Source: Methanosphaera stadtmanae DSM 3091 (GTDB lineage Archaea > Methanobacteriota > Methanobacteria > Methanobacteriales > Methanobacteriaceae). From it: a stretch of DNA of 32,000 nt. This document shows positions 1-9,255 of the stretch, piece after piece. The stretch is from contig NC_007681.1 in assembly GCF_000012545.1 (NCBI RefSeq), positions 360,001 through 392,000 of the forward strand, in the 5' to 3' direction. Each line of letters starts with the position of its first letter. Within the stretch, counting starts at the first letter, position 1. The notes below the pieces were generated by a model that did no database searches, was not told the DNA's origin, and worked only from the letters and a program-made list of their open reading frames with translations. The position numbers were made by a program, and so were the translations under genes.

Positions 1-210
1 AGTTTGTAGTGAGGATAATACTTGATATGGTGGGAAATAATCCCTTGTCATATTAGTATCTGTTGTACAATGTGGACAACCAATTTGTCCTGGTGGACAG
101 TTTTTACAACCTAATACCTTTTTTTGTGTAACTTTTTTGAAATAACAGTATTCACAAAAACCTCTACAGTTTTTTCCTGGTATTCCTCCAACATCGGCCA
201 TAATTTGCAT
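1..210 (-). CDS. mmp10: Radical SAM protein, N-terminal 70 codons only (continues beyond left edge). It resembles methanogenesis marker 10 (Mmp10, the McrA arginine C-methyltransferase).
   Basis: Manual minus-strand translation from the ATG at 210-208 gives MQIMADVGGIPGKNCRGFCEYCYFKKVTQKKVLGCKNCPPGQIGCPHCTTD... A CX3CX2C motif sits at residues 15/19/22, right at the N-terminus, followed by further Cys pairs, as I recall for Mmp10. The gene is divergent from mcrC. It is not in the ORF track because it is truncated. Confidence 0.6.
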   Translation of the reverse strand, partial: MQIMADVGGIPGKNCRGFCEYCYFKKVTQKKVLGCKNCPPGQIGCPHCTTDTNMTRDYFPPYQVLSSLQT

Positions 211-489
211 AAATATTTATTTCTAAATTATATATTTTAATAGTATCGATAGAATATTCATGGATAAATAATATTTTTTTAGGAAAATAAGATATTATTT
301 CACGTATTTTGGAATATATTCTCTTCAAATTCTTTTGTTAATCATTATAATATTAATTCAAATGAATTTAAATTAGTAATACTTTTAAATATATTTTAAA
401 AATAATTTTAAATAATAATATAATGGATGTAATCCATATCTATATAGTATATATGATAATATTTTGAGAACATATTAATCAAAGGTTGC

Positions 490-1101
490 ATGATAGAAAT
501 GATTGGAAAAAATACACATATAGTTGACTGTAGGGAAACACGCGGAATAGGTGAAGGTGGTGGAATTGCTCAGCGTGGAACATATGCACAATGTGGGGAT
601 GAATTACTTGCTGTTGCAATGTCTCCAGGACGTAGACATATTACAAAACCAGTTTGTGAAATAACATTTGCTCTAAGAGAATCAAATATTCAAACAAGTA
701 CCTTGGTTCTTAATGCAGGTTCTGGAGTACCAAAAGACACGCCTAGTGGTGGAGGACAAGGTTTATTTGGTGTAACTCCTAAGGAAATTTCCCAGATGAG
801 TAGACATAATATTGTATTGTTCCATTTTGGAGGAGTAAAAAATCATATAATATACAAGGCAAAACATGCTCTTAAACATATTAATAAACCTGTTATTATT
901 ATAGCACAATATCCATTGGATTTTGAAGATTTTGCAAAAATAGGAGTAAATACTGTTGCAGTAAAACCTGAAAAATCTGAAACACAGGGTACTATTGTTG
1001 AACTCATAACTGATGTTATTCGTGGAGAATCATGTACTCAAGAGAAATTAGATGAAATAATAAATAAAGTGGAAACATCCATTGTAAAATATACTAAGTA
1101 A
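490..1101 (+). CDS. mcrC: Methyl-coenzyme M reductase operon protein C (McrC/MrtC family)
   Basis: Contains the McrC-typical N-terminus ...[61 protein letters not shown]. The true start is probably the second ATG at 499 (MIGK...), which has better spacing from the aaaggt at about 481-486. Confidence 0.9.
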   Translation: MIEMIGKNTHIVDCRETRGIGEGGGIAQRGTYAQCGDELLAVAMSPGRRHITKPVCEITFALRESNIQTSTLVLNAGSGVPKDTPSGGGQGLFGVTPKEISQMSRHNIVLFHFGGVKNHIIYKAKHALKHINKPVIIIAQYPLDFEDFAKIGVNTVAVKPEKSETQGTIVELITDVIRGESCTQEKLDEIINKVETSIVKYTK

Positions 1102-1115
1102 TTTGGAGAAATTAT

Positions 1116-1985
1116 ATGGAAATTTTCAACATGTTTTTAGTTATTTTAATGGGATTATTTGCAATTATTGCAGGAATATTTGAAGATTTAGAATCTGATG
1201 TAGCATCAACTAGTAATCCAAATTCACAAGTACAACTTGCACCACAAATAGGTAATTTACATAAATTATTTAATAGAGCAGTTTCTGGTGAACCATTACT
1301 TGTTGGTTCAATGGCTACAATATCTGGTGCAGTAGCATACACATTAATATATATACACCAACCAGTTTTATTAGTACTTATAATATCTTCACTTGTTGCT
1401 ACAATAGTTCAAGTAATATTTTCCATTACTTCATACATGGGTCGTATAACAAGCCAAGCTTTATATAATCAACCATTATTCATGGACATGCTATATAAAC
1501 ACATTCCTACAAGTGCAGCACATGCATTTATAAGCTTATTTTCAATTACAACACTGTCTTACATCATGGTTTATTCATTAACACAACCTATACAAGTAGC
1601 TCTACCTATAGTAACATTCTTTGTGGGAATAATGTTAGGTTCTATTGGTTCTGCTGTAGGAGATATATTTTATGGTGCTGAAAAATTATATCAACATCAT
1701 GAATTTGGAAGTGGAATTCCAGTTTCTGTAAATGGGCATATAACAACAAAATCAGCTCTAGGTTCAGAAAATTCTATTGACATGGCAAAGTTCTGTTCTA
1801 AATTTGGTGGACCTATCTCTGGTTTATGTTTTGGAATTATCATCTTTCTGAATTTCTGGACATTTTTAGTATTTGGAATTGTTGGAGGATTAATAGTAGG
1901 ATTAATATTGGTTATTTTTTTAATAATACTAAATTATGTATTGGAACGAAATGCACGTTTAATATATGGAAAATATGGGGAATAA
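1116..1985 (+). CDS. mtrE: Tetrahydromethanopterin S-methyltransferase subunit E
   Basis: 289-aa polytopic membrane protein, first gene of an mtrEDCBAFGH-ordered cluster. A GGAG lies about 8 nt upstream. The gene starts 14 nt after the mcrC stop. Confidence 0.9.
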   Translation: MEIFNMFLVILMGLFAIIAGIFEDLESDVASTSNPNSQVQLAPQIGNLHKLFNRAVSGEPLLVGSMATISGAVAYTLIYIHQPVLLVLIISSLVATIVQVIFSITSYMGRITSQALYNQPLFMDMLYKHIPTSAAHAFISLFSITTLSYIMVYSLTQPIQVALPIVTFFVGIMLGSIGSAVGDIFYGAEKLYQHHEFGSGIPVSVNGHITTKSALGSENSIDMAKFCSKFGGPISGLCFGIIIFLNFWTFLVFGIVGGLIVGLILVIFLIILNYVLERNARLIYGKYGE

Positions 1986-1987
1986 TA

Positions 1988-2686
1988 ATGATATTTGAAT
2001 TATTAATTAGTATAATAATAGGATCTACATTAATAGGATTTGGAGTTCATTTTATACCTGTAGGTGGAGCACCAGCAGCATTATCTACAACTGCTGGAGT
2101 ACCTACAGGAGCACCTATGATAACTATTGGTATGGGAATTACAGGAATACTTTCAGCTCTTTCAATGACGGGTCAGTCAGAAATAGTAATAATTCTATCA
2201 GGAGCAATAGGTTCAATGCTTATGATGGCTGTAACAATGTTTTTTTCAAATATGATACATGTTTATGGGGTAGGTGTTCCATTGGCATCTTCAAACTTTG
2301 AAAGGGATCCAATTACAGGTTTTAAACAGGAAGAATATGTAAGTCCTGGAACAACAGGTCATGGAATACCAACAGTTTCATTTATAAGTGGGGTTATTGG
2401 AGCATTATTTGGAGGAATTGGTGGAAGTTTGGCATTTTGGGCAATTTATAATTATATATTGGGAAATTGTCATCTTTCATCAATCTACACAAATTCTATT
2501 TCAGCAATACTTGCAGTAATGTTATTTTTTATTATTGCAGTAGTAGCATCATACAATATTGGTGGTACAATACAAGGATTTTATGATAAGAAATTTAGGA
2601 AAAAAATAGTTTCAGGTACATTTTCATGTTTTTTAATATCAATATTCTTGGCTATTATTTATATGATAATATTGGGTGGAATTTAA
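1988..2686 (+). CDS. mtrD: Tetrahydromethanopterin S-methyltransferase subunit D
   Basis: The ORF-track start at 1826 overlaps mtrE and is spurious. The ATG at 1988 lies 2 nt after the mtrE stop and gives MIFELLISIIIGSTLIGFGVHFIPVGGAPAA..., a 232-aa membrane protein of the size and position expected for MtrD. Confidence 0.88.
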   Translation: MIFELLISIIIGSTLIGFGVHFIPVGGAPAALSTTAGVPTGAPMITIGMGITGILSALSMTGQSEIVIILSGAIGSMLMMAVTMFFSNMIHVYGVGVPLASSNFERDPITGFKQEEYVSPGTTGHGIPTVSFISGVIGALFGGIGGSLAFWAIYNYILGNCHLSSIYTNSISAILAVMLFFIIAVVASYNIGGTIQGFYDKKFRKKIVSGTFSCFLISIFLAIIYMIILGGI

Positions 2687-3475
2687 ATGGCTGATGATTT
2701 AATACCTTCTCAGATAATAATTTTAAGTTCTATTGTTGGCGGATTAATTTGTATAGCACTAAGTAGTATACCTGTGGTTGGTGGTATTTTTTCAATTATT
2801 GCAACAATATTAGGTGTTATTTGTGGAACAAATACACTTAGACACATAGGAAAATATAGTTTAGGTACTGGAGTTCCATCAATAGTTTATATGTTAACAG
2901 CAGCAGGACTTGTTAGTATGATATGTGGTGTAATGATATCAAGAATAATTAATCAAAATTTATTATATCCAATATTTAGTATGATAATAGCAATGATAAT
3001 TGCTTTTGTAATTTCACTCATGTGTACACATATCTTCAAAATACAAGTTGAAATATTAAGAAAATCATTCATAACATTAACAATTGCAACAGTAATATCA
3101 ATTATTGGAATGTCTACATTGATAGTTTCATCCTCTGATATTATGTTAATCTATTCAAATGTAATTAAAAATGGACTTATAATTATATTAATGATATTAT
3201 CAGTCATGGCAATACAAAATCCATATAATTCTTGTATGGGACCAAATGAAGATCAGTATAGAACATTATCATTATCCTTATCCAATGCATTTTTAATGCT
3301 TATAATAATTTCAATTATTAGTATTTTAAATAGTTCATACTGGTATATTTACATTATAATATCAATTATTGGATGGTTAGTTTCATTTAAATTATATATT
3401 AAATATACAAAACAGCAAGCTGCACTAATAAAATGGTCTGGACTATGGCCTAATAATGATGAAGGGGGAATATAA
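2687..3475 (+). CDS. mtrC: Tetrahydromethanopterin S-methyltransferase subunit C
   Basis: 262-aa polytopic membrane protein. Its start abuts the mtrD stop, and its position in the operon fits MtrC. Confidence 0.88.
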   Translation: MADDLIPSQIIILSSIVGGLICIALSSIPVVGGIFSIIATILGVICGTNTLRHIGKYSLGTGVPSIVYMLTAAGLVSMICGVMISRIINQNLLYPIFSMIIAMIIAFVISLMCTHIFKIQVEILRKSFITLTIATVISIIGMSTLIVSSSDIMLIYSNVIKNGLIIILMILSVMAIQNPYNSCMGPNEDQYRTLSLSLSNAFLMLIIISIISILNSSYWYIYIIISIIGWLVSFKLYIKYTKQQAALIKWSGLWPNNDEGGI

Positions 3476-3769
3476 TTGGTAGATACAACAGCAGTTATAA
3501 TTGATGATGATTTAGTTTTAGATGTTAATAATGGTATAATAGGAACAAAAGATAATAATCAAAAACAACATCTTCCATTTGATGATCTGGTAGAAAAAAT
3601 AGATACTCTGGAAGTGGCAATTAATAATCTAGAATCATCATTAGATCCTAGAACAACATCTAATCTATCACAACCTGGAAGAGAAGGAATATATGAAAAA
3701 GCAGGATTAATTACAAACATTGTAATTGGTGTGATTATAGCATTAGTTTTCATACTTTTATTAGTATAA
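3476..3769 (+). CDS. mtrB: Tetrahydromethanopterin S-methyltransferase subunit B
   Basis: 97 aa with a single C-terminal TM helix. A TTG start directly abuts the mtrC TAA stop, with gaaggggga upstream. Operon position fits MtrB. Confidence 0.85.
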   Translation: MVDTTAVIIDDDLVLDVNNGIIGTKDNNQKQHLPFDDLVEKIDTLEVAINNLESSLDPRTTSNLSQPGREGIYEKAGLITNIVIGVIIALVFILLLV

Positions 3770-3785
3770 AATAAGGGGAGATTAT

Positions 3786-4535
3786 ATGGCAGATAAAAAA
3801 GAAGTTATTCAAAATTGGCCCTTAGAAACTGGAGATTATGCAGTGGGAAATGTTGAAAGTCCAGTAGCAGTAGTCTCTCTAGGTTCTAATATGAATGATG
3901 AATTGGTAGCTGCAGGGGCTGCAATTTCAGGACCATTACACACAGAAAACTTGGGAATAGAAAAGGTTGTTGCAAATATAATATCAAATTCAAACATACG
4001 TTATGTTCTTATATGTGGATCTGAGGTTCAAGGACATATTACTGGTAAAACAGTTGAAGCTTTATATGAAAATGGTATTGATGAAGAGAAAAAATCAATT
4101 ATTGGTTCTCCTGGAGCTATTCCATTCGTTGAAAACTTACCAGTAGAAGCTGTTGAAAGATTCCAAAAACAAGTTTCTATTGTTAGTATGATAAATAATG
4201 AGGATGTTAGTGAAATATCATCTAAAATAGATGAATGTATTAGTAATGATCCTGGAGCATATGATGAAGATGCAATGATTGTTGAATTTAATGAAACACC
4301 TGAAGAGGAGTTTGAAGTTGATGAAGTCACATTTTCTGATGATTCAGCAGTTGATTTAGCATCAATAGTTCTACTTGAGGTTGAAAATCGTATAAGTATG
4401 ATGAATAATGAAATAAAACAAATTGCTTCTTTAGAAAAAATATCTTCAGGATATTATGCTGGAAAAATAGAAGGTATAGTTATTGGATTTATTTTAACAT
4501 TGGTTTTTCTTATAATTATTATTCAAGGTTTGTGA
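3786..4535 (+). CDS. mtrA: Tetrahydromethanopterin S-methyltransferase subunit A (corrinoid-binding)
   Basis: 249 aa with a C-terminal TM anchor and a strong RBS (aaggggag). The motif ICGSEVQGHITG places a His at residue 84 (codon 4035-4037, cat), matching the cobalt-ligand His84 known for MtrA. Confidence 0.93.
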   Translation: MADKKEVIQNWPLETGDYAVGNVESPVAVVSLGSNMNDELVAAGAAISGPLHTENLGIEKVVANIISNSNIRYVLICGSEVQGHITGKTVEALYENGIDEEKKSIIGSPGAIPFVENLPVEAVERFQKQVSIVSMINNEDVSEISSKIDECISNDPGAYDEDAMIVEFNETPEEEFEVDEVTFSDDSAVDLASIVLLEVENRISMMNNEIKQIASLEKISSGYYAGKIEGIVIGFILTLVFLIIIIQGL

Positions 4536-4539
4536 GTAA

Positions 4540-4725
4540 ATGATATTAGATAATATAGGTAAGTTAGTTGAATCTATAGAATATAAATCTCAGCTAATTG
4601 GAAGAAAAGAAAGATTAGTTTGTGGTGTTGAAAAAACACGTTTTAAAGGAATTCTCATAGGATTTATAATAACCTTGTTTATAGTGGGTTTACCATTTAT
4701 TTCATATTATAGGGGAGGATTTTAG
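4540..4725 (+). CDS. mtrF: Tetrahydromethanopterin S-methyltransferase subunit F
   Basis: 61 aa with a single C-terminal TM helix. It lies between mtrA and mtrG, as expected for MtrF. Confidence 0.75.
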   Translation: MILDNIGKLVESIEYKSQLIGRKERLVCGVEKTRFKGILIGFIITLFIVGLPFISYYRGGF

Positions 4726-4919
4726 TGGGAAATGATTCAAAAAAGGATATTGAAGATATTAATAATAGATTAGATAGTCTAGAGCAAAAATTAGAGGAAT
4801 CTCATGGTGAATTTTCTCAAAATTATGGAAAAAGTATAGGACGAGATATTGGAATATTATATGGTGTGGTCTTAGCATTATTAGTAGTTATTATTTTAAT
4901 GAAATTTCATATAATTTAG
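4725..4919 (+). CDS. mtrG: Tetrahydromethanopterin S-methyltransferase subunit G
   Basis: 64 aa with a coiled N-terminal part (NNRLDSLEQKLEESHGEF) and a C-terminal TM helix. A GTG start overlaps the mtrF TAG by 1 nt, and aggggagga lies just upstream. Confidence 0.8.
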   Translation: MGNDSKKDIEDINNRLDSLEQKLEESHGEFSQNYGKSIGRDIGILYGVVLALLVVIILMKFHII

Positions 4920-4946
4920 AAAAAGGTATTATTTAAAGGTGGGTTT

Positions 4947-5879
4947 ATGTTTAAATTTGAAAAAAAACAAGAAGTATTCGATATTTATGGTGTAAAGGTA
5001 GGTGGACAACCTGGTGAATATCCAACAGTACTTGCTGGAACTATCTTTTATGCTGGACATAATATTATTAGTGATGAGAAAAAAGGAATTTTTGATAAGG
5101 AAAAAGCAGAGACTTTATTAAATACTATGGATGAAATGACTGATAAAACAGGAAATCCTAATATTGTTCAAATATTTGGTGCAACTAGTGATGCAATAAT
5201 AAAATATATTGACTTTGTAACATCTATTAGTGAATCTCCATTTTTAATAGATTCAACATCTGCACAGGCACGTATAGCAGGTTCAAAATATGTAACAGAA
5301 TCTGGTCTTGCAGAAAGAACAATCTACAATTCAATTAATATGTCAATTGATAATGAAGAAATTGATACATTAATAAATTCTGATATAACCTCTTCAATAA
5401 TTCTTGGATTTAATCCAACACAACCTGGTGTTGATGGGAAAATAAAACTATGGGATGATGGTGCTGGAGTTTTAGATAAGGGTTTACTTGAAATTGCAGA
5501 TGACTGTGGAATAATTAAACCATTGATGGATGTTGCTGTTACACCTCTAGGTCAAGGTGGAGGTTCTGCAGTAAAAACAACATTTAAGGAAAAAAGTATA
5601 TGGGGTTATCCTGCTGGTAGTGGAATTCATAATGTTCCATCAGCATGGGAATGGATAAAACAATATAAAAAGGAATATCCAGAAGTATGGCCTGTATGTG
5701 ATATTGGTGCAAATATAGTTCAGCAAATGGTTGGTGGGGACTTTGTATTATTTGGACCTATTGAAAATACAAGAAAAGCATTTACTGCATGTGCAATGAC
5801 TGATATGTTTATTGCAGAGGCTAATGAAGCTATTGGAATAAATGCTGTAGATTCTCATCCATATAAAAATTTATTATGA
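4947..5879 (+). CDS. mtrH: Tetrahydromethanopterin S-methyltransferase subunit H (methyl-H4MPT:corrinoid methyltransferase)
   Basis: 310-aa soluble protein starting MFKFEKKQEVFDIYGVKVGGQPGEYPTVLAGTIFY, typical of MtrH. RBS aaaggtggg. Last canonical gene of the operon. Confidence 0.92.
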   Translation: MFKFEKKQEVFDIYGVKVGGQPGEYPTVLAGTIFYAGHNIISDEKKGIFDKEKAETLLNTMDEMTDKTGNPNIVQIFGATSDAIIKYIDFVTSISESPFLIDSTSAQARIAGSKYVTESGLAERTIYNSINMSIDNEEIDTLINSDITSSIILGFNPTQPGVDGKIKLWDDGAGVLDKGLLEIADDCGIIKPLMDVAVTPLGQGGGSAVKTTFKEKSIWGYPAGSGIHNVPSAWEWIKQYKKEYPEVWPVCDIGANIVQQMVGGDFVLFGPIENTRKAFTACAMTDMFIAEANEAIGINAVDSHPYKNLL

Positions 5880-5883
5880 TACT

Positions 5884-7248
5884 ATGTCAATAGAAAAAGT
5901 TACAATACCTAGTATTTCTTCAAGTAAGATGGGTAAAGAGTTTTACACAGTCTTATCTGTTGAACTTGGAAATACTACTATAAAATCTATTATTATTACA
6001 ACTAATATTAAAACAAATAAGAGTTATGAATTAAATAAATGTGTGGATTTAACTAGAAATGTTGATAATCCTGGAGACTCTGAAGAAGTATTTGGTCATA
6101 CTATTTGGAACAAACCTTTATCAGGTCAAGTTATAGAAAAAGCTGTTTCTAGAATAATAAAAAAATCACTTAGTGAAGTAGGCTTGGATGTTAGTGACTT
6201 GGATTTTGTTGTAAGATCAACTGGTGTTGTTGCTCTTTCTTCTTTATCATATCACATGGATGTTATTATAAAGTCATTATCTAATGGTTGTCTTAATGCT
6301 GGAATTAAACCATCACAAATGATGGCTCCCTTTTCTATTAATAACATTCCAGAACATATTCGTAAATCTTCTTTTTTTAATAATATTAAATTTGATGGAT
6401 CTATTGTGGGAGTAGCTTCTCCAAAGAAAACTGGTGTTGTATCTAATGAAATGGAAAGTCAACTTGTTACTGCAGGTATTAAGCTAGCAAGTAAAAGTTC
6501 AACTGTTGATTATAGAAATCCTGTTATATCTATTGATATGGGAACAACACTTGCAGGAGAAGTAGTTGATGATTCAAAACCATATGGTAAGTTAGTATGT
6601 AATTATATTGGATTGGCTGGTGGAATATCTGATATTATATTAAGGGGGTGTGATGTTATTGAAGATAATATGTCTACAATTGATATTGCAAATAATCAAA
6701 ATAACATTCAATTTAATGAAGATATTCTTCATAAACATACAATTAAATTACATGAATTTATTGATATTATGAAAGTTCCCAAAAATCTTGATGAATTTGG
6801 ACAAGTTATAGATTTAACATTACAAAAACAAGAAAATATCAATATCATTGGTTCAAGAATAAATAATTCTAAAAAACTAATAACAACATTCAACAACATA
6901 ACACAAGACTATACAAATTCTGAAATTTTACTTCAAATTGATGATATGTATGCATATTTTATTAAAAGACTCATAGACCAAACAAGTAAATTAAATATAA
7001 TTCAACCAAAAACAACTTTGGGAATAACAGGAAGGGCTGGAATAACTGGATACAAACCATATTTCATAGAAAAGTATCTGAATAATAGCTTTGATAATAT
7101 ATTATTTACACCAGATGGACTAGCACTTGGGGCACTAATGATGGCAAGATGTATGAATTCCCTTGGAACACCTATAAATCCTGTTGGTGGAAGTAGAGGT
7201 GGTATGTGCATAATGCAACAAAGAATAAAACTTTCTAAAAAAAGATAA
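5884..7248 (+). CDS. Actin/Hsp70-fold (ASKHA-like) putative ATPase, possibly the 'methanogenesis marker protein 14' family
   Basis: 454 aa, starting 4 nt after the mtrH stop. It carries nucleotide-binding-loop-like motifs: SVELGNTTIKS near the N-terminus, ISIDMGTTLAGE mid-protein and LGITGRAGITG near the C-terminus. There is no Fe-S cysteine cluster. The family assignment is from memory only. Confidence 0.5.
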   Translation: MSIEKVTIPSISSSKMGKEFYTVLSVELGNTTIKSIIITTNIKTNKSYELNKCVDLTRNVDNPGDSEEVFGHTIWNKPLSGQVIEKAVSRIIKKSLSEVGLDVSDLDFVVRSTGVVALSSLSYHMDVIIKSLSNGCLNAGIKPSQMMAPFSINNIPEHIRKSSFFNNIKFDGSIVGVASPKKTGVVSNEMESQLVTAGIKLASKSSTVDYRNPVISIDMGTTLAGEVVDDSKPYGKLVCNYIGLAGGISDIILRGCDVIEDNMSTIDIANNQNNIQFNEDILHKHTIKLHEFIDIMKVPKNLDEFGQVIDLTLQKQENINIIGSRINNSKKLITTFNNITQDYTNSEILLQIDDMYAYFIKRLIDQTSKLNIIQPKTTLGITGRAGITGYKPYFIEKYLNNSFDNILFTPDGLALGALMMARCMNSLGTPINPVGGSRGGMCIMQQRIKLSKKR

Positions 7249-7265
7249 AAAAAGAAAAAATGATT

Positions 7266-8135
7266 TTAGTAGGAATGGTTATTAGCCATTTCTTCTAATC
7301 TTTGAATCCTATCTGCTGTAGATGGATGTGTTGAAAATAAGTTTTGTAATTTACTTCCAACACCACTTAATGGATTCATAATAAACATATGAGCATCAGT
7401 TGACTTAGCATCCATCAGGGGATCATTGATGTTTCCAAATTCTAATTTTCTAAGAGCATTAGCTAATGCTAATGGATTACCAGATATTTGAGCACCAGTA
7501 GCATCGGCTTTATATTCTCTAGATCTACTAATAGCTAACTGAACAATTGTTGCTGCAATAGGTCCTACTATTGACATTAATACAGCACCAATTATATTAC
7601 CAGCATCATCATCAGATGCAAAAAACATTGCATATCTTCCATAACTAGCAATAGCAACGATCATACCAGCAACAGTTGCAGCTACAGAGCTAATAAGAAT
7701 ATCTCTATTTTTAACGTGTCCTAATTCGTGTGAAATAACTCCACGTAATTCTTCTTCATCAAGAATATTTAAAATACCTGTAGTCACTGCTACTACTGCA
7801 TGTTGTTGGTTACGTCCTGTTGCAAATGCATTTGGAGTACTTGTTTCTATAATTGCTACTTTTGGTTTTAAAATATTAGCATTTGCTGCTAATTCACCAA
7901 CAATTCTATGTAAGTTTGGAGATTCTGCTTCTGTTACTATTCTTGCATTGTATGATGAAAGTGCAATTTTATCAGAATAGAAGTAGGACACAAAATTCAT
8001 GATTATAGCAAAGATTAAACCAAGTAAAATACCAAGTCCACCTAGTCTGAATATTGATCCTATAAATCCACATACAACTACAAGAACTGCTGATAAGAAT
8101 CCAAGTAAAATTACTGTTTTTAAATTTTCTAACAT
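7266..8135 (-). CDS. htpX: Zinc metalloprotease HtpX (peptidase M48)
   Basis: 289 aa with N-terminal TM helices, the HELGHVKNRD zinc motif (HExxH), further TM helices and a conserved C-terminal FSTHPSTADRI. Confidence 0.9.
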   Translation of the reverse strand: MLENLKTVILLGFLSAVLVVVCGFIGSIFRLGGLGILLGLIFAIIMNFVSYFYSDKIALSSYNARIVTEAESPNLHRIVGELAANANILKPKVAIIETSTPNAFATGRNQQHAVVAVTTGILNILDEEELRGVISHELGHVKNRDILISSVAATVAGMIVAIASYGRYAMFFASDDDAGNIIGAVLMSIVGPIAATIVQLAISRSREYKADATGAQISGNPLALANALRKLEFGNINDPLMDAKSTDAHMFIMNPLSGVGSKLQNLFSTHPSTADRIQRLEEMANNHSY

Positions 8136-8293
8136 ACTCTTCTTTTCCTATATTGTTTTTGTTTATTTAAATTCTTTTTAGAATATAATTTTCATTATTT
8201 ATATAGATTATGTTTTAAATACTATTTATTTTATGTTTATATTAATTAATAGATAGAGATAAATATATACATTATAATAAATGGAGCTTTAAT

Positions 8294-8893
8294 ATGACAA
8301 CTGCATTGATTATGGCTGGTGGAAAAGGTACTAGATTAGACTTAGATTATGAAAAGCCAATGGTTAAAGTCAATACAAAACCAATGATAAGTTATGTAAT
8401 AGAAGCATTATCCTTTTCAACATATATTGATAAGATATTGGTGGCTGTAAGTCCAAATACTCCATGTACTGCAGATTATGTGAAAAAATATCCTGTTATT
8501 GTAGTAAAAACTAAGGGTCTAGGTTATATTGAGGACTTATCAGATATTCTTTCAAACAGAAAATATGTTGATGAGGATGAAGTAGTTATGACAATAGTTT
8601 CTGATTTACCATTTATCACATCAACTCAAATTGATGATGTGTTAGATAATTATTATGAAAGAAAAAAACCTGCTATGTGTGTATCAGTTCCAGCATATTT
8701 ATTTGAGAAATATGGAATAACACCAACAATGGTTTATGAAGGATTGGTTCCAACAGGTGTTAATTTACTACTGGCAAATAACAAAGAACAAGATCAAACA
8801 ATTTATGTATCAAAAAATATAGAACTGGCTTTTAACATCAATACACTTGATGATTTAGATTTATCTGAACATTATATTAAAAAAAGATGGTAG
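8294..8893 (+). CDS. cobY: NTP-transferase domain protein, likely adenosylcobinamide-phosphate guanylyltransferase (archaeal CobY type)
   Basis: 199 aa with an N-terminal ALIMAGGKGTRL nucleotide-binding loop followed by EKPMVKV. Size and layout match archaeal CobY. A MobA-like or other small nucleotidyltransferase cannot be excluded. Confidence 0.55.
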   Translation: MTTALIMAGGKGTRLDLDYEKPMVKVNTKPMISYVIEALSFSTYIDKILVAVSPNTPCTADYVKKYPVIVVKTKGLGYIEDLSDILSNRKYVDEDEVVMTIVSDLPFITSTQIDDVLDNYYERKKPAMCVSVPAYLFEKYGITPTMVYEGLVPTGVNLLLANNKEQDQTIYVSKNIELAFNINTLDDLDLSEHYIKKRW

Positions 8894-8985
8894 TTTAAAT
8901 AAATTATATATACTTTTGAAAATAAATATACTATTTAATAATGTTTATCAATTAGGTAATATAAGATACGTTTAGGTGGACACAT

Positions 8986-9255
8986 ATGACAAATGAAAGG
9001 GAATTAATTAAAGGCGAAGAAAAATTATGGGCAGATATCCAAGGATATCAAGTGGCAACTAGTAGTGCACGTATTCTAGGTCAACTAGAAGAATTAACAA
9101 TAGATGAAAAAACAGGTAAAATTACTAACATTATAATTAAAACTGAAACTGACAGAGCTGTTAATGTTAAAGGTGCTAAACGTAATGGTGATTTATTAGT
9201 TGTACCATTTGGTAAAGTTGAAAAAGTTGGAGAATTTATTATAATCTCTGGATAA
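8986..9255 (+). CDS. Small PRC-barrel-like protein
   Basis: 89 aa with a good RBS (taggtgga). The sequence pattern (…DIQGYQVATSSARILGQLEELTIDEKTGKITNIII… LLVVPFGKVEKVGEFIIISG) resembles the single-domain PRC-barrel proteins common in methanogens. Confidence 0.45.
   Translation: MTNERELIKGEEKLWADIQGYQVATSSARILGQLEELTIDEKTGKITNIIIKTETDRAVNVKGAKRNGDLLVVPFGKVEKVGEFIIISG

Noticed and set aside
1112-1342. A 76-aa minus-strand ORF lies antisense to the start of mtrE.
   Set aside because: It is fully overlapped by a confidently identified gene. It has no RBS or recognisable motif and is a typical antisense artefact.
1826-1987. The ORF-track N-terminal extension of mtrD (MFWNYHLSEF…) overlaps the end of mtrE.
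   Set aside because: It lies in an alternative frame of mtrE with an implausible W/N/I-rich sequence. The ATG at 1988, 2 nt after the mtrE stop, gives the expected membrane-protein N-terminus.
3559-4330. Minus-strand ORFs lie inside mtrB and mtrA (3559-3753, 4028-4330).
   Set aside because: They are antisense to operon genes with strong positional and motif support, and they have no independent evidence.
7002-8181. Small ORFs at 7002-7211 (-) and 7999-8181 (+) overlap the ATPase gene and htpX.
   Set aside because: They are antisense overlaps with supported genes. Their proline/serine-rich translations have no motifs.
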